Positions 24,916-36,934 of a stretch of DNA of 64,000 nt are shown here, piece after piece. Under the pieces are notes generated by a model, which saw only the letters and a program-made list of their open reading frames with translations, was not told where the DNA came from and did no database searches. Each line of letters starts with the position of its first letter. Position 1 is the stretch's first letter. The DNA comes from Octopus vulgaris. Its lineage: Eukaryota. The stretch covers positions 47,802,001-47,866,000 of the forward strand of contig OX597821.1 in the NCBI GenBank assembly GCA_951406725.2, written 5' to 3'. Both the position numbers and the translations under genes were made by a program.

Positions 24916-27744
24916 GCAGATGCGGAGTTACACATACCACAGTATGCTGTACTACGGACCGACAGGAAAGAAAGGAGTCATGGAGGTGTTGCTATGTACA
25001 TCCGTGAGGACCTCACACCCCAGGTCCTCTTGTCATACTCAAACTCGGTGTGTGACACACTAATTGTACATATTAGGCAACTTGATGTAGTTGTGTGTGC
25101 TACATATCGCCCTCCAGATGCCCCAAGCCATGTGGGCAAGTTCGAAGACTGCCTTATAAAAATAGAAGAAATTCTAACCACATTAGAACAACACATAGGT
25201 GTGCTTCTTATGGGAGACTTCAATCTGCCCAATGTCAGATGGCCCGAGGGCCTTTCTCTCCCAGGAATGACAAGATGTGAACGAGGACAGGCGAGGTCCC
25301 TCCTGAACTTCATCAACACCCTGTACATGGAGCAGGTAATACTCCAACCAACCAGGGCAGGTAACACACTGGATCTCTGCTTCACAAATGACATGGATCT
25401 CATCCATAATGTGAAAGTGACACCGACACTACTCTCGGATCACAACATGATAGAGCTGACCATGTACGGGCCAAAAGAGAGCACGGACATGCAGCCTACA
25501 AGAAACCCTCAAAATCTTTCCAGCTTGAACTACCATAAGGCAAACTGGAAACAAATTGAGAAAGAGATCCTCAAACAAAACTGGCCTGAATGTCTCTCCT
25601 CGCCAGACATCGACGTGAAACTTCAACAATTCATGTCTGTAATGCAAGCCATATGCTACAAATGTGTCCCAGAGAGAAAGGCCACTGTACACAAGAACAA
25701 AATCCCCAGAGAGAGGAAAATTTTAATGAGACGGCGTACGAAATTTTCAAATCGCCTAAACAAACAAATTGAAAGCAGTGAAAAGTCCCGCCTAAAAATA
25801 AAACTGTTGGAAATCGAAAAATGTCTGCAACTCTCCCATGAAAAAGAAAGAGCAGACAAAGAAGCCTGGGCTATAGAAAACATAAAATCTAACCCCAGAG
25901 CTTTCTACAGGTATGCCAAAGAAACAGCTACAGTGCACTGTAGAATAGGGCCACTCCTCGAAAAGGATGGCACACTTACAGGAAAACCAATGAGGGTAAG
26001 TGAAATACTGAATGAGCAATTCAAGAGTGTTTTCACTCCACCCCTTGGGCATCTCCAAATCACCAATCCAACTGACTTTTTTACCACTGCAGATATAAAA
26101 TCAGAGGCGGTGACGATAGATTACATCGATATAAAGGAAGACGATGTAACCAAGGCTATAGATGAAATGAAAACAGACTCAGCTACTGGCCCCGATGGAT
26201 TCCCGGCAATCCTCCTAAAAGCATGTAAGAGAGTCCTAGCAAGACCACTGCAGTTCCTCTTTCAGAGCTTCCTTGCAGCTGGCAAACTTCCAGTAAAACT
26301 GAAGGAAGGTAAAATATGCCCCATTCATAAAGGAGGTAGCAGAGCGGAAGCCAAGAACTATAGACCTATCTCTCTGACCTCACACATCAGCAAGGTCATG
26401 GAACGAATAGTCAGAAGGAAGCTGATCACCTTCCTTGAAGAGAATGACTTGCTGCCCGACACCCAACATGGTTTCCGACCAGGGAGAAGCTGTTTAACTC
26501 AGCTCCTACAACACTATGACTGGGTGCTGAAACGGCTGCTCAACCACTCAAATGTGGAAGTGATATATCTCGACTTTGCAAAGGCCTTTGATAAAGTCGA
26601 TCATGGAATGATATGTCACAAACTGCGTGATCTCAACATAGTTGGAAAACTGGGAGAATGGCTTCATGACTTTCTGAAGGATAGAAGTCAGGTGGTAGTA
26701 GCCAATGGGGCCACCTCCATTAACACACAAATAGTGAGCGGTGTTCCACAGGGCACTGTTCTGGGACCACTACTGTTCATAATGGCCCTCTCAGACATGC
26801 CCTCAGCCACGCAGAGAGCCACGATCACAAGTTATGCAGATGATACAAAAGTCTCACAGGCAATACAGAACCCTGAGGACACTAAACACCTGCAATGTGA
26901 GCTGGACGAAATATACAAGTGGGCTGAAAAGAATAGCATGCAGTTCAATGCTGGAAAGTTTCAAGCTTTATACTATCAGCATGCAAAACTGAATGCAATA
27001 CCCAATGAATACACTGGACCCGGAGGGATTGCAATCCCAGAGGCACAATCAGTGCGTGACCTGGGTATTCACATGAGTGATGACGCGACCTTTCATGTAC
27101 ATGTTGCTAAACTGACAATGAAATGTAGACGGCTGGCTGGATGGATTCTTAGAACCTTTAGAACAAGAGAACAAGAAACCATGATGGTCCTCTGGAAGAC
27201 ACTTGTCCTAAGCCACTTTGACTATTGCTCTCAGCTATGGTCACCATCCAGTGTCAAGTTGATCACAGAACTTGAGGCGATCCAACGAAGCTACACAAAG
27301 AAGATAGCCTCTATGCAGAATGTAAGCTACTGGGAAAGACTCAAGAGATTAAAATTATATTCCCTGGAGCGTTGGCGGGAAAGATATGCCATAATATACA
27401 TCTGGAAGATCCTGGAGGGAAGTGTCCTGAACTTTGGCATCGAGAGTTACGCAAATGCCAGAACTGGGCGCCACTGCGTGGTGCCTAGGACTCCAAACCT
27501 GCCATCAAGATGTAGGACAAGATTCTGTGATAGCCTGGGCTTCCGAGGCCCACAGCTCTTCAATATCCTCCCGAAGAACCTGAGAGACCTGCATGGGGTG
27601 GATACAGATGTCTTTAAAATGAAGCTGGATCTCTTCCTGTCAGGTGTCCCAGATGAACCAACTTCACGGCAGGAGGGGCAGATGAGGGCAGCTGCATCGA
27701 ACTCTCTAATGCACCAAATAGCAGTTGCTAGAAAGCCTCCATGA
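24916..27744 (+). CDS. CR1-type ORF2 (partial AP endonuclease plus reverse transcriptase), uninterrupted but 5'-truncated
   Basis: GGVAMY, YRPP, GDFN, LDL, SDH (APE); YRPISLTS, QHGFR, YLDFAKAFDKVDH, GVPQGTVLGPLLF, YADD, DYCSQLWSP. Confidence 0.9.
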   Translation, partial: ADAELHIPQYAVLRTDRKERSHGGVAMYIREDLTPQVLLSYSNSVCDTLIVHIRQLDVVVCATYRPPDAPSHVGKFEDCLIKIEEILTTLEQHIGVLLMGDFNLPNVRWPEGLSLPGMTRCERGQARSLLNFINTLYMEQVILQPTRAGNTLDLCFTNDMDLIHNVKVTPTLLSDHNMIELTMYGPKESTDMQPTRNPQNLSSLNYHKANWKQIEKEILKQNWPECLSSPDIDVKLQQFMSVMQAICYKCVPERKATVHKNKIPRERKILMRRRTKFSNRLNKQIESSEKSRLKIKLLEIEKCLQLSHEKERADKEAWAIENIKSNPRAFYRYAKETATVHCRIGPLLEKDGTLTGKPMRVSEILNEQFKSVFTPPLGHLQITNPTDFFTTADIKSEAVTIDYIDIKEDDVTKAIDEMKTDSATGPDGFPAILLKACKRVLARPLQFLFQSFLAAGKLPVKLKEGKICPIHKGGSRAEAKNYRPISLTSHISKVMERIVRRKLITFLEENDLLPDTQHGFRPGRSCLTQLLQHYDWVLKRLLNHSNVEVIYLDFAKAFDKVDHGMICHKLRDLNIVGKLGEWLHDFLKDRSQVVVANGATSINTQIVSGVPQGTVLGPLLFIMALSDMPSATQRATITSYADDTKVSQAIQNPEDTKHLQCELDEIYKWAEKNSMQFNAGKFQALYYQHAKLNAIPNEYTGPGGIAIPEAQSVRDLGIHMSDDATFHVHVAKLTMKCRRLAGWILRTFRTREQETMMVLWKTLVLSHFDYCSQLWSPSSVKLITELEAIQRSYTKKIASMQNVSYWERLKRLKLYSLERWRERYAIIYIWKILEGSVLNFGIESYANARTGRHCVVPRTPNLPSRCRTRFCDSLGFRGPQLFNILPKNLRDLHGVDTDVFKMKLDLFLSGVPDEPTSRQEGQMRAAASNSLMHQIAVARKPP

Positions 27745-27840
27745 AGTGAAACTAAGTAGCAACACCAAATGGCGGTGCCCCAGCATGGCCACAGCTCATA
27801 AGCTGAAACTAGAATCAATCAATCAATCAATCAATCAATC
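24916..27840 (+). mobile_element. 5'-truncated CR1-clade LINE with (AATC)n tail
   Basis: APE-RT ORF2, short 3' UTR with a double stem-loop, (AATC)n tail; inserted in a microsatellite. Confidence 0.92.
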
Positions 27841-27852
27841 TATCTATTTATC

Positions 27853-27937
<85 letters not shown>

Positions 27938-28279
27938 GTATGTATGTATATATGTATGTACATCCTAGGTGTAACTTAAAACTGCACCCAGTACTTGAGC
28001 CCTGGTTCAGGAGTTCCCGGGTTTAGAGAAGTTGAAACCACCTCTTACTATTGTTCTTAGGTCAATTCTGACCCGGAGTAGTGGTACCTGTCAAGGCCCA
28101 GCTATTGATTGGCTAGCATATGTGATGGTATTCCATCTGAGTGTGGGGACAGAGAAAAACCTGGAGTAGGTGTCAGGGTATGCTGTAAAACCACTGGGAG
28201 TGAGGGATTTCTAACTGGTATCACAATATCCTTCTCGAAGAGGGACATTCCTAGGTGTTAAACCTGCAATTTAATGTGA

Positions 28280-29320
28280 TTACTGGTTATCTCACTTCCG
28301 TCTGTCACTAGGTATTAATTATGGGGATTCAGAGAGTGGCACCTGTGTTGTACAAACATCTTTCCTTATAATCTAATGATGTACAGATATCTCTTTATGC
28401 TGACATCATTTGTCATTCCATCTACTTAAAGTCCTAGTGATGACATGTGCAGACCCAACCAGCCGGAAGTGAACAGTAAGTTACAACTTTTGTCTGTCAC
28501 CTGTGCTTCAAACCATAAACATCTGCAGTGGGACTGAATAGTCATCTGAAAGGTTGAGGATGGAAAGTTAGAAATGATACTGACAATGAGGAAGCACAAG
28601 GAGATGGCAATCATCTGTGAAAATGGAGCAATCACCATCTTCCTATCCATACACACATGCATAACACACACTGCCAGATAGTTATTGTTTGCTTGCAACA
28701 CTTATTCACACAGGGATGGCTGAAGAAACAGCATCAGCAGGGGAAAACAACAGTAGCAATCAAGTTCATGAATGAAGGAAAAAAGCTAGTGAGGACATCA
28801 AAAAGAAATAGTCTACCCCATGGGGGTCTAATCATGAGAAATGAAAATTGACCTGGGAAAAAATTGCAGTTATCTAAGATTGTCCAGACAATCCTGGGAT
28901 CAGATTTAGTTTTTGGGGTCTGAAAAGGCAAAGAAAATAATCTTGATTGAACTTACAGTCCAATGGGGAGAATGGTGGGATCAAGCGTTTGAATGGAAGA
29001 GAGTATTCTGCAAGATTTCAGGAGAGGGTGTGGTTGTCATAGCTAATCCCAGTCCGGGTTAGCTGTTGAGGATTCCTTGTTTAGTTATTATGGAGGTTGG
29101 TTACAACCATTGGGATAAAATGAAAAGAGGAAAGGGTGGTTGTGTGTAGGATGAGAGAAACAGCAGAAAGAACCTGTTGTGGAGAAAAAGAAAGGAGTTA
29201 AGCCTGGAGGAGATGACACCTCTGCTGATACACCAATAGGAGGATGTTGCTATTCTGGGTTGAAACACCTGATGGTCATTGGATACCATCTGATGACATC
29301 AATTTCTTCTGGCCAAAACT
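28280..29320. mobile_element. Possible highly degraded LINE remnants
   Basis: GC-richer, coding-like stretch with an LYAD-like relic near 28393; no long ORF. Confidence 0.25.
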
Positions 29321-30000
29321 CCATTCACCTTCGTGAATGAAAAAGAAGCTGTTATCAATAAAAAAAATATATAAATGTCATAATCTGGCCAAATACTAGC
29401 AGTTTGCTTGCCTATACATTTATACATACATACATACATTTAGTAGCTAACGATCTATCATATATATATATATGTATGTATGTATATGTATATATACACC
29501 ATAAAAACCAATGTAATTTATGCACGTTTTTAGGCCAAAATAATAAAAAAATTAGGGGATATGTCAATTACATGAGTAGATCATTTCTAGAATTTTTTAG
29601 GATACTTTTTGTTGTTGAAAAAAGACGTAGAAAACGTAAACGTTTGTACCAGAAGATGACTCATTTAATGAATTTAAATATAATGAAGTTGACTTTTATT
29701 CATGCTGGACAGTATGATGCTTACTTTTTCTGTATAAATTTACTAAAACCATTAAATGGTTAACTACATTTTGAAGTCTGACGTACATGCTGGTAAATCA
29801 TGGTCTGGGCCATATTTTACTCGGTTGAGTAAAGTGTCATCCCAGCTGATATTTATTGGTAATTAAACTTCATTTGCAACACCTGCGCATATTTGTTTTT
29901 CTTGATAATCCTTAACAACTTTTCCTGTGTACGCACTGTGAGAAAAAAAGGGAAGCACACATGTATATATACATGTATATATATATACACGGGAATATAG

Positions 30001-30042
<42 letters not shown>

Positions 30043-30459
30043 GTGGCTGTGTGGTAAGTAGCTTGCTAACCAACCACATGGTTCCGGGTTCAGTCCCACT
30101 GCGTGGCATCTTGGGCAAGTGTCTTCTGCTATAGCCCCGGGCCGACCAAAGCCTTGTGAGTGGATTTGGTAGACGGAAACTGAAAGAAGCCTGTCGTATA
30201 TATATATATATATATATATGTGTGTATGTGGGGGGGGTCTGTGTTTGTCCCCCTAGCATTGCTTGACAACCGATGCTGATGTGTTTACGTCTCCGTCACT
30301 TAGCGGTTCGGCAAAAGAGACCGATAGAATAAGTACTGGGCTTACAAAGAATAAGTCCCAGGGTTGATTTGCTCAACTAAAGGCGGTGCTCCAGCATGGC
30401 CACAGTCAAATGACTGAAACAAGTAAAAGAGTAAAAGAGTAAAAGAGTAAAAGAGTAAA

Positions 30460-30461
<2 letters not shown>
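30043..30461 (+). mobile_element. SINE family A
   Basis: Near-consensus copy with (GTAAAAGA)n tail. Confidence 0.92.
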
Positions 30462-30498
<37 letters not shown>

Positions 30499-31170
30499 CA
30501 CATATGCACATGTATATATACATACACACACATACACATATATACAAACGTACATTAATGTATATTATATATATATACACATATACATACAGCTATCATA
30601 TGCTCACAATTTGTGAGATAATACTTTGGCTATTTCCGATTAATCTCACACAGTTATGCAGAGAAACACAAACACACAGTCTCATACAGTTACGTACACA
30701 TGGAAGCACTTAAACCACATAGTCTCATACAGTTACATGTACACACATAAGCACACTCACACACACAGATACCAGCAGACAATCAGCAACATATTTTTCA
30801 TTTACATATTTTTATTGCAATACTAATGTTGAGGGAAGAGGAAGGTATGGAGAGTGAGCAAAAACGGATTTTGTTTAACGAGAAGACAAAACAAACACGT
30901 TGTAATTTAATAGCTTTTAATGTGATACCTGTTAAACAGAAATTATTTTTATTTAGTGAAAATTTAATAAAATCTAATCATAAGTAAGAGAAATTATGCT
31001 AAACACAACTAAACTGAAAACCTTTTCCCTGGCCATACCAGCAATTCTGAAAACTTTTGAGTGCAAATTTTACATAAGCTTTTTTTAACAATCTCTATCC
31101 TGAAAATCACCTGTGTAAATTACACAGGTACACAAATTGCATGTTTTTTTTTACAGTATATATATATATA

Positions 31171-31411
31171 CACCAATCCGACCGTGGCCATTTGCCAGCC
31201 TCGCCTGGCACCTGTGCAGGTGGCACGTAAAAAGCACCCACTACACTCACGGAGTGGTTGGCGTTAGGAAGGGCATCCAGCTGTAGAAACATTGCCAGAT
31301 AAGACTGGAGCCTGGTGCAGCCTTCTGGCTTCCCAGATCCCCGGTCGAACCGTCCAACCCATGCTAGCATGGAGAATGGACGTTAAACGATGATGATGAT
31401 GATGATGATGA
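31171..31411 (+). mobile_element. RTE 3' UTR fragment with (GAT)n tail
   Basis: Matches 38830-39058. Confidence 0.85.
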
Positions 31412-31424
31412 TATATATATATAA

Positions 31425-31602
31425 AGTTAATCCAAACAAGAAAACAAAAACAAAAAAACACAACAACGCAAGAACGTGGAACAAATAAAGTATTATTGGA
31501 TGCTCAGGAAAGAAGGGAAGAAGGAGGGTTTGATGTTTCGAGCGGAGCTCTTCGTCGGAAACATAGGAGAATAAAGATCCCGAGAAGGGAAGACAGGGGA
31601 AT
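31425..31602 (-). mobile_element. Short Penelope-like repeat with a hammerhead-like motif (31528-31562)
   Basis: GTTT-CCGACGA-AGAGC-TCC-GCTC-GAAA-CA-TC-AAAC; flanked by (TA)n. Confidence 0.6.
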
Positions 31603-32118
31603 ATATATATATATAGCCTCTGTCTATCATAAGTGACCATGGATAAAGGACTTAGTTGTCCACACCACTGAAACAATATCTCTTCAGCATAGGGTGTTTG
31701 ATAGAATCCAAGCCTATGCAGTTTTATATGGCAGACAGGTTGTTGCTCATGCTGCATACACATCCTCAATTTGGTACCAGCACTGTCACAGCTGTTTCCA
31801 GAACAAGGCTGTAGATAACATCATACTGCCTAAGGAGCTTCAACACCTGATTTTTCATCACTGTTGTCTCCTGAAGTCATTTCTATGCTGGGTGTATGGC
31901 TTCAAGGTGGCAAAGGTTTGGAATGATGATGTTTTTCCTCAGATGGGTTGCTTCTCAGGCTAACAAGCACTATCTACTTGCCTGACACACCTCAAAACCC
32001 TGGAGCTTCTGAACCAGAGCCCTGCAATTGGATGCAGTTTAAAATAGTCATTTCCAGAATATATGTATGTGTGTGTGTGTGTGTAAGAAAATGAGATGAC
32101 AAAAAAGTAAATGACGAC

Positions 32119-32281
32119 CTTATGAACTTCATTAGCTTACAGCTATTTCTGCAATAAGATACAGTGGACTCATATTTGAGTGCCTTTTAACTGCATCAGA
32201 GCCTTGAAAGCCTCAGGCTCTCAACTATGAGTCCAGTGCATCTTATAGCAGAAACAGCTGTAAGCTAATGAAGTTCATAAG
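32119..32281. repeat. Inverted repeat (~62-bp arms) containing a hammerhead-like motif
   Basis: CTTATGAACTTCATTAGCTTACAGC... / ...GAAACAGCTGTAAGCTAATGAAGTTCATAAG. Confidence 0.85.
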
Positions 32282-32312
32282 ATAATTGTTTAAGATAATA
32301 TACATACATACA

Positions 32313-32540
32313 TATATTTCACTTATGCCTTGTGAGACTAATAACCAGGTGTGGAACTCAGTATACATATGCTTCAGAACAAAGTGTTAGATGAGTACAG
32401 AGAGGTAATAAGTAAAGGAGATGACAAATCATCTCCTTTACTTATTACCTCTCTGTACTCAACTAACACTTTGTTCTGAAGCATATGTATACTGAGTTCT
32501 ACACCTGGTTATTAGTCTCACAAGGCATAAGTGAAATATA
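32313..32540. repeat. Near-perfect palindrome with 112-bp arms and a 4-nt loop
   Basis: Arms 32313-32424 and 32429-32540, loop CAAA, about 2 mismatches. Confidence 0.95.
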
Positions 32541-32781
32541 CATATGTATGTAAATATGTATGTATGTATGTATGTATGTATATATTCCCTCATGGAATCT
32601 TTCACTTGGGGTTCTGCCATTTTCAGCTATATATATCCAGCCATAGCATGCAATACAGAGCAGAGATGTTAAAAAAAAAAAATCAAGTAACACTTGGACC
32701 TGAAACTTTTTAAGTGAGGAAAGATTTTTGCACGGGGCCAATCTCACTCTTTAAACTATACAGCAGCTATTGTTATGCTAA

Positions 32782-32832
32782 CATCATCATCGTCATCATC
32801 ATCATCATCATCATCATCATCACCACCACCAC

Positions 32833-32864
<32 letters not shown>

Positions 32865-32902
32865 CCATCTTCATCATCATCATCATCCCCATCACCACCA
32901 TC

Positions 32903-32934
<32 letters not shown>

Positions 32935-32959
32935 CAACACCGCCATCATCATCATCATC

Positions 32960-33038
<79 letters not shown>

Positions 33039-33040
33039 CT
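32782..33040. repeat. (CAT)n/(CAC)n/(CAA)n compound microsatellite
   Basis: Directly visible. Confidence 0.95.
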
Positions 33041-34616
33041 ACTAAGATTTTATGATTTCGAGTGCTATGTGGTCAACTATATAGCAACCAAACTTTTCAC
33101 ATGTAACACCCTATTGTCTTTGAAAGGAAGACAAAGGAAATATTGAATAATATAGTCTGGAAATGCAGAATGTCATAGTTAGAATGTCTTCAGTCATAGG
33201 TTATGTCCAGCTAGCTTTGGCCTGATGCCATAAAATATCAGCAGCAATAACAACTAGGACAACAACTAAACTACAATCTCTCTGCAACAGCAACAACAAC
33301 AACAGCACTGTTCAGATGGACACATTTTATTAAAAATGTCATGTTTTCTTTAACTCGTTGAATTATTTCACCTAATTATGTTGCTAATTAATGTTCACCT
33401 CAGCAACTGTAGCTAATTTTGTTATTTTTATTGTTTCATCTATTGTAACTTTTTATTGTCTTTTTTCTTTATTTTTATTTGAACAAAATTTAAGTAAATA
33501 ATTCAAAATTCTATTATTCAACAAAAAAGTAAAATAAAAACAAAAAAATTACTTTCAAAAATTATATTAAAATACTTAAACTGAATAATTATGATGATAC
33601 CTTTTGATGTTTACATCCCCCCTTTTTTATGGTTTCATGTTTGCTTTCTTATTTCAATATGTTAACAAAATAAAACTGTAACAATTTCACTGCCAGCACT
33701 TTCCTTTATATGTCTTTATGTTATTATTTTATTTTATTTTGAGTAATTTAGCAAGAATATTTTTTAATACATAAATTTAGAAAACTATTGTTTTTTTTTG
33801 TTTTGTTTTGTTTTTCTCTTTAACAGATTTTATATTCTTCCTTTATCTGGCTGTCTTCCAGTGCTGGTAGTGAAAACAACAAAAAAATCTAAAAAAATCA
33901 AACAATTGCTTTTATTAAAGCCACATTTTCCCAATATCTACAAGAAAAACCTTGCAGCTTTATGAAATTTTTAATTTTTGGTAGAATTAATCATTCTACT
34001 ATTTAAATGCTAATGTAATCTTGATTTATTTATTTTAATGTTTTAATTCTTTTTTTTTTTTTTGATATTCTAATTTCTAATGTATATTATGTATTTTATT
34101 GAAAATGAAGTCTGAAGATGAATTTCCTTAGAAAATAGCCTAAACCATTAAAGTTAAGCATTATTTCTTTGTGGAGTGGCAGTATAATGAGTTTGTAGTG
34201 TAAGCCTCATCATATCTAACTTAGTTTTTAAGTTTCTTTTATTTTATCCCTGTCAGATGCAATTGCAATAGATTGCAGCCAATTCTTGATATTGATATGG
34301 AAGACTGAAATTGTTCTATTTAATAGCTTTGAATGAAATCCATTTTAGCATAATCGCAATGACATGTTATTTAAAATTAGAATTGCAAGAAAAAAAAAAG
34401 AAAAAAAATGTAGCAACTTGAAATGGAAGTGATCTGTAAAATCCTTGTGAAGAAATCAGAAAAATAAAAATGGAAGGCATGACTAAGTTGTATGTGAAAA
34501 ACAATGAAAAACCAGAGATGAATATGAAAGGGAAAATAGATGAAAGCCAGAAATACTTGTAGGGAGATGTGTTCTTTATTAAAGGAGAGAATGTGCATTT
34601 TGCAACCCCACCCTCA

Positions 34617-34915
34617 CATACATACATACATACATACATACATACATACATACATACATACACACATACATACATACATACATACATACATACATACATA
34701 CATGCATGCATACATACATACATACATACATAAATACATACATACATACATACAAACATACATACATACATACAAACATACATACATACATACATACATA
34801 CATACATGCATACCTACATACATACATACATACATACATACATACATACATACATACATACATACATACATACATACATACATACATACATGCATACATA
34901 CATACATGCATACAC
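34617..34915. repeat. (CATA)n microsatellite
   Basis: Directly visible. Confidence 0.95.
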
Positions 34916-35338
34916 ACAGATATATATCTGTGTGTATCGATGGTAAATTACAGAAGGTGTAAATGAGAGGGTTGCAGATTTCAGCTGCACAATAATAAAT
35001 GATAGATTTATAATAAGGAATGGAATCATCATATAACGGCTGTGTGTATATGTGCATGTATGTGTAGCACATATGTGTATATGTGTGTGCATGCACATGT
35101 GTGCGTATGTAAGTGAATTCTGATCTTATATTCTTGTAACATTTTGATGTATTTTAGATAAGATATTCTTTCAAAATAAGACTAAAATATGTTCATATAC
35201 ATACATATATCTATGTATATACAAATATATAAATACACATATATATAATAATAATGTGTTTGTGAATCATTAAGATTAATATACACACATAGATACTCAT
35301 ATATATGCATACATATAATACATACAAACAGACAGGTG

Positions 35339-35393
<55 letters not shown>

Positions 35394-35690
35394 TCATCAT
35401 CATCATCATCATCATGATGTGTGTGTGTGCATGTAATTTATTCATATATTCATTGCATTTTATATCTAAGCACAAAAAAATTATAATTTATATATTTCTA
35501 AATTTTTCTTCAAATATGAAAATATTTGAAAGAAGTGATCTGTAGAATATTTGATTCAACTGAACAGCTTGACATACAAAAACTTGGCCTTTACACTGGT
35601 ATAGCTGTCAAATCTTTCAATAGATGTAAATTCATCTAAATTGTAGCTGTTATACCATCTTGTGCTCTCTTTAGCAGTATTTATTACAAA

Positions 35691-36090
35691 CTAGCAGTAT
35701 CGCCCGGCGTTGCTCGGGTTTGTAAGGGAAATAACTATAAAGCATTTTTAGAGAGTTATAGCAAAAAAATAGCAAAAAAATGCATTAAAAATGGAAAAAA
35801 AATTATAGTAAATTTTCTTTAAATCGTTGACTCATCGTAGACATTTTTAGAGAGTTACTTCCCTTATATAATAGCAAAAAAATGCATTAAAATGGAAAAA
35901 AATGATGTTAAATTATTTTTAAAATCGTAGACTCATCGTAGACGCGCGCTAATACCCAGACGGACTCGATATGAATCACGACTATAAGATACCCGAATTT
36001 GGTTAAACTGCACCGCAAAATGTGGGAGTAGTTAGGAATCTAAATCGTAGGAGACAGACACTCACACAGCTTCACTTTTATATATATAGA
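35691..36090 (-). mobile_element. Non-autonomous Helitron
   Basis: Minus strand starts TC(TATATATATAAAAG), ends with hairpin CCCGAGCAACGCCGGG then CTAG; inserted between A and T with no TSD; internal ~100-bp tandem duplication. Confidence 0.85.
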
Positions 36091-36209
36091 TATAAGGTTT
36101 ACTGGAGGATTGCTCAAAGAACCTGACTATTGAGAATATCAGTCAAACTATGTATTTATATGTTAATCATCTGGATGTATTCAATTTTATCTTCCATGCC
36201 TAGAATGTA

Positions 36210-36460
36210 GTGAACGTGTGTGGTTTAATGGTTAGAGAGGTGAGCCTATAATTATTAGATCATAGGTTTGATCCTGGCACTGGGTAGTGCATTATGTCTT
36301 TTTTGCACAAGGTACTTCTTTTCATGTTATTCCAGCTGAAAATGAGTACCCACAACACCTGAGGGTTTACCTTGTGATGGACTGGTGTCCGGTTTAAAGA
36401 TAGTCTTGTACACCTTGGAAATCTGATTAAATTTCGGCCTCGTGATCTTGCAAGCTTCAA
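36210..36460 (+). mobile_element. Old tRNA-derived SINE
   Basis: TGGTTTAATGGTTAG...GGTTTGATCC head, CAGCTGAAAATGAGTACC, CCTTGTGATGGACTGG; related copies near 480-660, 54240-54430 and 58815-58965. Confidence 0.6.
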
Positions 36461-36491
36461 GCTTACAAGAATGAAGCTATTGTTGCTATAT

Positions 36492-36698
36492 CTTTCACTC
36501 TTTTACTTGTTTCAGTCATTTGACTGCGGCCATGCTAGAGCACCGCCTTTAGTCGAGCAAATCGACCCCGGAACTTATTCTTTGTAAGCCCAGTACTTAT
36601 TCTATCGGTCTCTTTTGCCGAACTGCTGAGTGACGGGGACGTAAACACACCAGCATCGGTTGTCAAGCAATGCTAGGGGGACAAACACAGACACACAA

Positions 36699-36731
<33 letters not shown>

Positions 36732-36901
36732 CATATATACGACGGGCTTCTTTCAGTTTCCGTCTACCAAATCCACTCACAAGGCTTTGGTCGGCCCGAG
36801 GCTATAGTAAAAGACACTTGCCCAAGTTGCCACGCAGTGGGAATGAACCCGGAACCATGTGGTTGGTTAGCAAGCTACTTACCACACAGCCACTCCTGCG
36901 C
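36492..36901 (-). mobile_element. SINE family A
   Basis: Near-consensus full copy on the minus strand. Confidence 0.92.
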
Positions 36902-36934
36902 TATCATCATTATTTTTGAAAGTAGTGGCTTGAG

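Noticed and set aside
33790-34350. Plus-strand splice acceptors (33826, 34256) as host exons
   Set aside because: No convincing donor or open frame follows; T-rich tracts are common here
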